Assembly (NCBI GenBank): GCA_963691875.1
Contig: OY829846.1
Coordinates: 3,200,001 to 3,264,000 of the forward strand
Length of the DNA stretch: 64,000 bases
From: Aureliella sp.
GTDB lineage: Bacteria; Planctomycetota; Planctomycetia; Pirellulales; Pirellulaceae
Direction of reading: 5' to 3'
Shown here piece by piece: positions 47,201-59,200 of this stretch. Below the pieces are notes generated by a model, which searched no databases, had not been told where the DNA came from, and worked only from the letters and a program-made list of their open reading frames with translations. Positions within the stretch are counted from its first letter, which is position 1. Each line of letters starts with the position of its first letter. The position numbers and the translations under genes were made by a program.

Positions 47201-50200
47201 GTGATGGATCAAGACCCTTTCGCAGCGACCGACGGTCTGTCCGGTGTTGACGTGGATTTCCAGACGACGAATCCCGCAGATGCTGGCTTGCGGATTGAGC
47301 TACCAGGTGCATCTGGCACACCGAATGACTACTATATTCGCGTGCGTTCGAGCAATGTCGGTCCGACACAAAACCAAACGCGCTTACAAGATCCAGCGAG
47401 GGACAGTGAGGGCCTCACAACTGGTACTTATCGCCTGAATGTTCGTCTGCAACAGCAGGATGAAATTGGAGGCTCAACCGTTCGCTACGCAGATATTCGG
47501 TTTGCGAGCACTGGGATCGACGTTAATGGATTGCCGCGGCATTCCAACCTGTTGGGGACTTCATCGGATCTAGGAGCAGTTCCAGGAAACGACTGGGCCG
47601 CCCGAGCATTGAACGTGGGTAATATCGGCCAATCCGATCGAGCAAGCATCTCATTGGCAGGTGATTTGACTGCTGATGTTGATGTCGACTGGTACCGCTT
47701 CGACGTAGAGGGGGTTCAAGGTGCGTCCACACCAGCCATCACACTTGATGTCGATTACGCAGACGGGTTCGGTCGTCCTGACACAAGTTTGTGGGTGTAT
47801 GAGCTCGTTGATAACAATGAGCTGAAGCTGACCTACATCGGAACCGATTCAGATGTTTCGGATGATCAGGCTCGTTCCGAACAAGGTCTAGACGTAGGTG
47901 ACTTTTCTCGAGGATCCGCTGGCACGAATGATCCGTTCATTGGTTCCCGCAACTTCGCACCTGGAACTTACCTAGTTGCGGTAACCAGTGGCAGTCGACA
48001 GGCAGACAATTTGCTGCAGTACACTGCGCGAACTTCCACGCGTCCTCACTTCTCAACAGGCTTCCGTCTTGTACCGATCAGCCCTCGTCTGTTTAGTGTT
48101 TCTGATCCGGATGTACTGGACATCGGTGGCTTATCACCGGTACCATTCAATTTGGCTGACCTAACCGCTTTCACGCTCACAACTAGACCCACACTATCGG
48201 GTGATGTTTCGAATCTGGTATTTACCAATCCGTTTACGGGGGTGACAGAAGCTGAAGTCGGCGATAACTTCCCTGACGCAGTCAAGGACTTTGCACTTCG
48301 AACAGATCCCACGACAGACGGCTACCTGGTTGGCTTTGGCCAGGGCATCAATGACGAAGAGGCCGGCGAATTCTATCGATTTGATTCAGCTGGTGATGGT
48401 GCTGTCGCAAGTGGGTTGGTGGGTAACGCGGGAATGGTAACCTTCTCGACGACCCAAACGACCGATGCAAACGGCAACACGACTTTTGCAGTCAGGCAAC
48501 AAGAGACTGAACCTGGTTCAGAAGAATTCAATGGCATCGGTGTCCAAATCGAGGGGCTCACGTTCCAAAACGATGGCGCTAATCTTTTTGGTGTGGGTTT
48601 CCGAGACGAATTCTTTTCAGCCGTGTTCGGTGATCCCGCCAATCCAGACACGGTCACCGGGCGAACACCCGAAGAAGGCGGTAACTATGTGTACCGCTTC
48701 AACCCTGACACGGGTGCAGTAATCGGTAACGCGGGGGAAACTCGGACGACGGTTCAGACACAGACTCAAGGGGCGGGCACCAATGCTGTCGAGTATTTCG
48801 AGCTCGATTCCACCGGTCTAGTCACTGGTTTGACGTCTATTGACGGTGACGAGGTAGGCCAGTTGTTTGCGGTTAGTGACCAGGGTGAGTTCTACCGGAT
48901 GGCAATGCGCAGCGATGGTTCGCAAACGTTTACGGGGCTGCCAGAAACTATACCCTCACTTAGAACCTTAAGGGATGGTGGAACAGCAATTCCATTTACG
49001 GGGCTGGGCGTCGGGCCTAGCAATCTCGCGAACAACATCTTGTTTGGTGTTACCGCTGACGGGACTATTTATGCTTTCGACACACTTGGCGATTTCCAAA
49101 ACATCTTTCCGAATGGTGATTTCAAGGTTCGCTCCCAGGCTCTTGGCGCGTCCAATGTCCACGATATGGAATTCTCGCCGCTGGATCAAAACCTTTGGCA
49201 CAGAACGGACAACAATGCAGATGACGGGGGCGACGGCTTTGGTGGTACCGTAAGTTTGCGTTTCGGATTTGAAGATCCAAGAGTGGAACCCGATCCAAGA
49301 TTTCGTCAGCCTGGAACTTGGTCCGACCGAGTTATCGATGACCGCACCGGAAACCTGATGTTCCCAGGCGGTGCTGAGGGCGCGTTGGAAAGTGATTTGA
49401 TCGACCTCAGTGCCTATAGCGCTTCAGATGAACCCCATCTCTACTTCAGCTATAACGCCGATCGTACCGACGTTTCCCTGGGCGAAGTGAATGTTCTAGA
49501 TGCTTTGAGAGTCTACGCAGCTGATGATACCGGTGAATGGACGCAACTCGCGTCCAATAATGCCAATGAGGCTGGCCCTGAACTATTTGATTCCGCCGAA
49601 TGGCGTCAGGCACGGATCTCGCTCGCTGATTTCGCGGGTAAGCCTGATATCAGACTGCGATTCGAGTTTACAACGGGTGGATTCCGCGCTGGACGGGCCA
49701 ACTTTGATGGTGAAGAACTAACGGCGATCCCGGGTGCAAGCTTCAACGTTGGTGATCCGGCGGCACGGCGGTTTACGGTAGCATCCGTCGACCAGGCAAA
49801 CGCGCAGCTTGGGGACTTCGAGTTTGATTTCGGACTGGTACTCAACTTGCCAGCTGGTGCTTCGATTGAAGACGGTGATACCATTTCGGTTGGCGGGACC
49901 CCAATGGTATTCCAAACCAATCCGACTGCGGCAAATCATGTCTTCTATCGAGCGGATATGCCACCTTCGGTTGTCGCTGCAAGCCTTTCCGCGCGACTCC
50001 AGGGGTTCCTTGGGCTGAATGTCGTTACGAATCCCGAATTGCCCAACATGTTGAACGTCACGAATGCACTTCCATTTGGAAATAGCGTGACGGGTTTGCC
50101 AAACTCTGTAATTGTTGACCTACCTGGTGTCGCCCCTGGCCGCACGGCTATCCGCATCACACAGGCGAGTTCCGCACAGCAGGTTCTTGCGGCCGTTAGA

Positions 50201-53200
50201 CAAGCGCTGGCCAATGAGTTCAATGTCGCTGGCCAGCAAAATAACCTCGGCGTTTGGCCCACCTATGGTGACACGGTGAAGTTGTATAAATACACGGTCA
50301 CTCTTGGGAACGCCGACTCGACGGAAACTCTCCGACTGGTAAACGCTGCAAATAGGGGTGACAGATTTAGTAATGACGGTAATCCCCCTAATGAGCCAGC
50401 TGTGCAGGTTACTCAGCAGAGAAGGGCTCAGCGGAATAATTTCCCTGGGGTGTATATCGACAACATCATCATTGGTCTGGCAGAACGCGGGGAGTTCGCT
50501 GAAGGAGCTGCCAGCGTTGGGCCAAACCAGGCTGCTAACGACGATGACATTTTTCAGGGCTTAGGATCACTGGGGCGATACCAGCTTGAGATTCGAACCT
50601 CAAGCAGCCGTGTACTTGATAGCAATTCTCGATACGCTCCTGGGCTTGGTTTTGAGGTCACCAGTGCGTCAGGTATTGCGGACGGGCAGACGTTTGAACT
50701 AACGGATGGTGTTGATGCCGTAACTTTCGAATTCAACGTTGTACCTGATCGCACGAATCCCGCCGGAGATCCAGCGGGTGATGTTATTCCTGGTAATGTT
50801 TCCATCCTTCTGCAGCCGGATGATACAGCCGAAAATATCGCAAAGCAAATTGTAGCAGCAGTAAATTCGCCAACAGTCCAAAGCCTGTTGGCGGTTTCAG
50901 CCCACGTTCAGTCCAATAGCCGAAATGTCGAATTCCATGGTCCCGCATCCTTCTCGCTTGATGGAAGCTCCTTCACCGGAGTTCCAGCGTTGGACTTAGG
51001 CGTAGATGATAGCGACAATGATCAAGCGCCGTGGGGTCGAAATCTGCCCGGCGAAGATCATGGCGACTCTAATCGCTATCGAGACCAGGGCGTTGTGTTG
51101 ATCGAGTCAACATTTGTCAGTAATAGCCAGAATTGGGGAATTGACGTTGATGCAGACGCTCGAGCTCCTGAAAGCCCGACCTCTCCAGGTTCTCCAATTC
51201 ACTACCCAACAGACAATCCGGATAATTTGGCTCCTGGAGTCGTCTTACTCAACAATGTTTTGGACTCAAATACTGTCGGTGGAATCTTGATTTCCGGTGT
51301 CGAGTTGAATGACCTCTCCAACGCTGGACGTGACATTAAACGGCCTTCTCCGGTTGCTCGTGTCGTCAATAACACTATCTTTGGTGACGGAAGCGGTACT
51401 GGTATTCGTGTCAACGATGATGCGGCGCCGTACATCTTGAACAATATCCTGGCTGAGAATGGCGTTGGTATCGAAGTTATTGGAAGCCTCTCGCAGTTGC
51501 GAACCACTGTGGGTGCGAACTTCTACTTTGGTAATACAACGAATACCGCCGGAGTCACCAATGAAGCGTTTGCTGGTGTCAGCACGACTTCACCTTTTTT
51601 AGATGCTGCAACCGGAAACTTCTACTTGCGTCCGGGCAGCAACGCCATCGACAGTTCGATCGACGAGCTCGCGGAAGCAGCTTCCTTGGCTGCACTAAAG
51701 AGTGCGATTGGTTTACCGCCAAGTCCAGCTTTGGCCCCAGATAGCGATGTGGCTGGCCAGCGACGTGTCGATGATCCTAATGTGAGCTCTCCAGCTGGTC
51801 TTGGCTCCAACATCTTTAAGGATCGCGGTGCATACGATCGAGCGGATTTCATTGGCTTACAAGCGATTCTCCAGGAACCGGTCGATAATGACTCTCGCGG
51901 TCTAGACATCGAAAGTGCTCCAACCGTCGTGCAGCTGAGCGAGGGAGGCCTGCGATTCTTCGAAGTTCTGCTGGTCGATCCGTTCGGTGGTAGCGGTCCA
52001 GATAACGCGACAGTCAACGCCGAGAACGTGATTCTGACCGAGAATGGTGAGCGTTTGATACCAGGTGCCGACTATGTGTTTGGCTACAACACAAGCAATC
52101 GTACGATTCGCTTTACGCCTTTGTCCGGCCTATGGCGTGATGATAGCGTCTATGAGATTACTTTAGTCAACAATGATGCATTCGTTCTCGATCTACCTGC
52201 CGACGGGAGATCAATTGCTGATGGCGATACGCTTGCAGTTACCGTGGGTGGGACCACGCATCAGTTTGAGTGGGATACGGATGAAACAACAACGTCCGGA
52301 ACCGCGATACCGTTTAAGCAGGACTACAGTCAGTCTGCTCTTACCTTTGCCTTGTTGAAGGCACTCAAGGACGTCGGAATCGTGGCCTTTGTCCAAGGTT
52401 CGTCAGGCATCATGGTGCCAGGTGCATCTGTATCCGGCACACCTGGTGGAAGTGTGGTAACAGCGATTCGCGACATCGCAGGCAATCGCTTACAGCCCAA
52501 CCGTCCGACTGACCTGACTCAGTTCACCCTGTTCATGCCAGAAGTCAAATTCGACTACGGTGACGGCCCGAATCCTGCCTCGGTACTACTTGCAAATGAT
52601 GCAGCACGACACAGCATCTTGCCAATCGATGTTGCCAATCCAAAATTGGGAAGCTTCGTCGATGCTGACATGGATGGTGTTTCAAGCAACTCGTCGTCTG
52701 CCGATGACCTTGAAGTTCGTGTTCTACCGAGCTCTACAATTCCAGGCCTCAGTTTTGGTGTGGAAGGTCAGGGAGTTCTGACTCTACCCATACCAAGTGC
52801 TGCTTTGGATGGACAGGTCGTCACCATCGTCAGCGGTCTCAGTACGTTGGACTTCGAGTTTGACAACGATGGAAGTGCTTCGGGTATTCCTGTTGACTTC
52901 TCGGGTGCGACCACAGCCGACGATGTAGCAGACTCTCTGCGGGCCGCAATCGAATCCGAGTTGTTCGCGGGCAGATTGAACGATATTGCCCCAACTACGA
53001 ATGGCGCTGTGTTGAACATCGGAGCCGCACCGCACGTGTCGGTTGACGTGACGGCTGCTCCTGATGTTACCCAGACGATTGCCGGCAACATCGAAGTCCG
53101 GTTCGGATCGGGTGTACTCGCTGATAGCCAATTTATGGAGATCCTCGATGGCAGCGGGCAAACCATTCGATTCGAACTAAACGACACATCTGCACCTGGT

Positions 53201-56200
53201 GAATTCCGATTGCCAAGCGAGACCTTGGCTTTGGTTAACGTCGACTTGACAACCGCTACTACAGAGGACGTGGTACAAGCCATTGCAGACGAGATCAACG
53301 TTCGCGTTGCACTTGGTGCATTGGGCTTGGGCCCTGCAGTAGCCAATGGTACCTCGCTGTTCATCAATGGTGATGACGAGCAAGGTGTGACCTTTGGCGG
53401 GCTATTGAACTCGCTCGCCCTACCTGTACCTGTAACGGTTACGTCGACTGATACCGGTGTTCTCGATGCTTGGATTGACTACAGTGGCGATGGTTTATTT
53501 ACTCCTGACGAGCAGATTGCTGATACCATGCTGCTTCTGCCAGGCGCCAACACCTTCTTGGTCACCGTACCTAACACGGCTCAAGCTGGCTTCACTACAA
53601 GTCGCTTCCGTGTAAGTAAAACCGGTAATGTCTTGGCCAACGGTTTGGCATTGGGCGGCGAGGTAGAAGACCACTTGGTAGAGATCGTCGCTGGTACACC
53701 TCCAGTCGCCTTAGACGATTCATACCGTGTTAACGAGGACGAGCCACTAAGCGTAACTGCCCCCGGCATTTTGGCGAACGACTCAGATATAGACAGTTTG
53801 AGCTTTGGTATTCGGGATGAAGATCCCTTGAAGCCAGATGTCCAGCCGTTTGAAGACGTCAAACGTGGAAACTTAGTGCTCAGGGCAGACGGCTCTTTTG
53901 ACTATATGCCCGAGCCAGATTTCTTCGGTGTCGATACCTTTGTTTACTTCGTTCAAGACGAACGGCTAACGAGTGGTACTGCCGCGACAGTAACGATTAA
54001 CGTCAGTCCGATCAATGACGTTCCAGATCCGTTTGATGATGAAATCACGATCCACGAGGATCAGTCTGTTGTGGTTGACGGCGAGTTCTTGACTCGCAAC
54101 GACTTCAAGGGACAGCACGGCACGGACTCGCAGTTCAATGAATTGCCGCAAACGCTTACTATCATCGAGGCGACCATCTCTGCACCACCACTATTTGCTG
54201 GGCAGACTGTCATGGTGATGAACAACGAATTGCACTTCACTCCACCGGCACACTACACGAGTCAGACGGACGGTGCCGTCAAGGTGGAGGTTACCGTTAC
54301 AGATGATGGCCAGTCCTTCAATGACATCAGCGGTGTGATTGAAGATGATTCCCAAGAAGCAGTAAGCACATTGACGATCAATATCATTGAGCTGAATGAT
54401 TCACCAGAGTTCAACATGACGTCAAACTTGAATCATCTCGAAGACGCCGGACCTCAAGATGTGCCTGAATTCATCTCTAACATTATGCCTGGGCCGAATC
54501 CAGCAATTGATGAGGGTGCCGATGTCGAGAATCAATCTGTTGCCTTTACAGCAACTGCTCTAGATCCGACGCTTTTTGCAAGTGGTCCAAGTATTGATGC
54601 AAATGGCGATTTGAGCTACGAAGTTGCTGAGCACGTAAACAGCAATGCTCCATTTCCACCACAACTTTTGGTGGAAGTTGCTGCGGTGGACTCAGGGGCG
54701 GGAGACACGATCCTCACCAATGTATTTGATCCTACAGAAGTCGCATCCACCTCAGAGAGCTATGACGGTGTAAAGCTGACCATTACGGACACGAACGGCA
54801 ACGTTGTTGTCTTCGAGTTCGATGATGCTGCTTTGCCAGGCGTCGGCTCAACAGGAGGGATTCCGCATGCGGCTATTGGCTACGATGCGACCGACACCAA
54901 TGCCACGGTATCTGCCAAGATTGCAGAAGCAATTTCCACTCCTCCAGCTGCTTCGATTTCTGCTGGTACTGGCCCTTGGGTTGCTAAGTCCTTTGTAGAT
55001 GCAGTCAACGGAGACATCCGGGTTGTCAGTGATGCGTCGACTGTAGTGACTCCCGCCGATATTACAATTACATTGACCAACCTGTTTACTGGGCTGGTTG
55101 GTGCTCAGAGCTACGACGGTGCTACCTTCACCTTGGTGGACGGCAATAGCAACATCATCACGTTTGAGTTGAACGATACAACTGATGCAGCTCCTGCAAC
55201 GCCCGGAGTCACTGCTGGACACGCAGCGATCAACTATGATCCGACCTTCACGAAGGATCAGTTGAGCCAGGCGATCAGTGATGCGATCAACACACCTGAC
55301 CCAGCGATTACAGGTGGCTTGCCAACCCCTTGGATTGCCAACTCGCTGTTGCCACCTGGTAGTTCAACCCTGCAGCTGACAAGCGTCATTTCGCTCGGGT
55401 TGAGCAACAGTACCAGCACGATCGTGAATCCGCTCGAAACCGAAGTGGTTACCAAGTCGGTTCCAGTCGACTATCGTCCAGCCCACGACGCACCGGTACA
55501 AACGTTTACAATCACCATTGAGCCGGTCAATGATGCTCCTGAATTCGACATGACTACTCCTCTGGAACTTCTTGAGGATGCAGGTCCGCAAAACTTCACG
55601 GACTTTGTGACAGGTGCTGTTGCTGGTCCTGGGGGAGCATTGGATGAAAGCAGCCAGAATCTGACGCTCAATGTTTTTGCCGTAGATCCATCCGCATTTT
55701 TGGTGCAGCCGACGGTTGTGTTTGATTCGCTAACCGGTACCGCCGATCTGCAATTCGATCTAAACCCAGATGTGAACAACGAAACAGGCCACGATCTACG
55801 AATCGTTGTTTCGCTCATGGACGATGGCGGCACCGCAAATACTGGAGTCGACGTCTCAGTACAAACTTTGGCGCTCGATGTAACGCCTGTGAACGACCGT
55901 CCGAGCTTTGATCTCGCAGAAACAGAACTGACTTACTTGGAAGACAACGAGTCGGTCACAGGGAACGCCCCGACACGCTACGAGAACTTTGCTGTCAACG
56001 CGACTCAAGGACCTGGGACTGCAGTCGACGAGACTACTTTGCCAGCGACGAAGCAGACACTGCTCTACCAAACCATTTCGGTTTCTGATCCAAGTCTGTT
56101 CTCGCAATTGCCTGCGATTACTCCTGATGGCCACTTGGAATTCCATACGGCACCTGATGCAAACGGTACCGCAGTGATTTCGGTTCGATTGCTAGACAAC

Positions 56201-59200
56201 GGCCTCGGCGGAACTCCTAATGGCGATGACAACCAGGCGCGTCCAGACCTGACCTTCACGATTAACCTGACCGCAGTCAACGATGCCCCGACCTTCGATA
56301 TTCCCGCGACGATTTCCGGCATTGAAGACGAAGGGTTGGTGCAACGGGCAAACTTTGCTACGAACCTGCTACCCGGTCCTGAAACTGCAACCGATGAGAT
56401 TAACCAGCAGTTTACCGTAACAGCAGTTGCCGAAGATCCATCGGTATTCTTGGTACAGCCAACGATATCCGCAAATGGAACTCTCGTTTATCAAACCGCC
56501 ACAGATGTGAACCGTGAATTCGCTAACCTTCGGGTTCGAGTCACCGTATCTGATGATGGTCCAAATAGTCCTCCGCCGAACAGCAACACCTCGGCGGAGA
56601 AGACGTTCACTATCGACGTTGCTCCGATCAATGATGCTCCATTGTTTGTGCTTGAAACTCCAGAGATCAATATTCTGGAAGACGTTGGAATGCACACTGA
56701 GTCTGGTGTCACTAGCAACGCTGTCGCCGGTCCGGCAACAGCCGTGGATGAGAATGACCCGATAACTGGGCAAACTCTTAACTATGAGGTCATTGCCGTG
56801 AGTGCACCTGAGTTGTTCGCAACACAGCCTGCGTTGGACGCGAATGGCCAATTGACCTTTGAGACAGCAGAGCACAAGAACGGGACTGCCTTGGTGGTCA
56901 TTCGCCTGGTGGACAGCGGCGTTGGAACACCTCCACCGAACGACAATGACTCAGCGCTGCAAACGATCACGATCAACATCGCTGCTGTCAACGATGCTCC
57001 TGAGTTTAGTATCCCAGGCTCTACTACTGTGGAAGAAGATGCAGGCTTAGTAAGCATTGGTGGATTCGCTACCGACGTGCGACGTGGTCCTGTGGGAACT
57101 GACGACGAGAACAGTCAGCAAGTTGCCTTTACAGCGACCGCGACAGATCCTGCTGCCTTTGCGACGCAGCCTACGATTTCACCAGACGGCACTTTGGTGT
57201 TCCAGACCGCTCAGGATGTGAATGGTCCGCTCGAGGTTGTCGTTCAGTTGTCTGATTCAGGCCTTGGTGCCCCTCCACCAAATGATAACACCTCCGACTC
57301 GCAAACCTTCACGATCAATGTGTTGCCGGTCAACGACGAACCAATCACGATGCCATACGTGGCTTCGACAGCAGAGGATACGCCGATCACGATTCTGGCG
57401 GCGGACGTTCTGCAAAATGACCTTCCTGGACCTCCCGATGAGAGCGCTCAGTCTTTGATCATGACACAGATCGAGAGAACGGGTTCACAGGGTGGAATCA
57501 TCGTTCCTGTCTTCGACGGTTCTGAGATCGTGTCATTCACCTACACGCCACCCACCGATGTCGTGTTGACTGATACATTCTTGTATGTGGTGACAGACAA
57601 CGGAACACCAGCACGTAGTGGATCAGGCACGATCTCCATCAACATAACTGGCGTGAATGATCCTCCGCAGTTCGACAAAGGACCGAATCAAGTCGTTCCA
57701 GAAGACGCTGGTGCGGTTTCCGTTTCGGGTTGGGCTAGCAACATTCTTGCAGGTCCTCCAGTCGCGACCGACGAGCATGGGACTCAAACTGTTACGTTCG
57801 ACGTAACAACGAACAACCCAGACTTGTTTGCTGTTGCTCCCGCGATTAGCTCCGATGGAACGCTGACTTACACCTCCGCAACGGATGCAAATGGCACTGC
57901 CGTGGTAACAGTCACGCCAATTGATGATGGTCCAAGCGATGCTCCGAACAACAACACAGGTGTTGCTCAGTCCTTCACGATTACCGTGACACCTGTCAAC
58001 GATGCTCCGGTATTCACCGGCAGCGGAGATGTGCAGGTTGCGGAAGACAGTGGATCATACTCTGAGCCTTGGGCATCAGACATCCTGCCAGCAGGCGGTT
58101 TGGCAAATAATCCAGCCACGGCCACGGACGAGACACCTCAAGGTGTTGATTTTGTTGTCACCAATGATCAACCTGCGTTGTTCTCGGTGCAGCCAATAAT
58201 TTCCTCTTCAGGCCAGTTGCAATTCGCTCCTTCGAATGACTCATTCGGCACAGCAATTGTGACGGTGACCGCCATCGATCAAGGGCCTGCTGGTGGGCAA
58301 GACGTGAACAATTCTGCACCGCAGAGCTTCACGATCACGATCGAGCCTGTGAACGACACTCCCGTGGCGGTACCGGACGAATATACCATTGATGAGAACT
58401 CGATTTTGAGCGTTGCTGCCGATGGGCTCCTGGCCAACGATACCGACGTCGATGGCGATAGTCTTGCTGCTGTGCCAGCGACCATCACCTCCAACCTATC
58501 GGCAGAGGTGACCATCAATGCGGATGGTTCCTTCCAGTACGATCCGACAATGGTACTATCGCTGCAACAAATGTCTGATGGTCAGTCTGTCCTCGACACG
58601 TTCATTTACGAAGTTGAAGACCCAAGCGGTAGTCGAAGCACAACCGTCGTCTCAATCACCGTTACGGGAATCGACGATGCACCAATTGCAAACGACGATG
58701 CGTTCTCGCTGGGAGTCGGGCAGTCGCGATTGCTTGAGATTCTGCTCAATGACACCGACGTTGATTCGGCCATCGACCCACGTTCGATCACGATCACTCA
58801 GTTGCCGATTACCGGTACTGCTGTGGTCAATCAAACTGGAGTGATCGAATATACCGCTGCAGATGGCTTCGTAGGTGTCGACACACTCGGCTACACGATT
58901 CGTGATGCGGCAGGAAACTTGTCAAACGAAGCGTTTGTCACTGTCACGATGAACAACCCACCTATTGCCGTGGATGACTCGACGTTCACCTTCAAGAACG
59001 AACCGCTGAACATCAACATTCTCGGCAACGACTCGGATTCAGATGGAACATTGGATCCATCCTCCGTTCAGATCGTTGGTCAGCCCACAACGGGTACGGT
59101 TCAGGTGTTGGCTGATGGCACAGTGACCTACACTCCTGCCACAGACTTCTTCGGAGAAGACTCCTTCGCCTATGTTGTCTCCGACAACCTGGGCACCACA

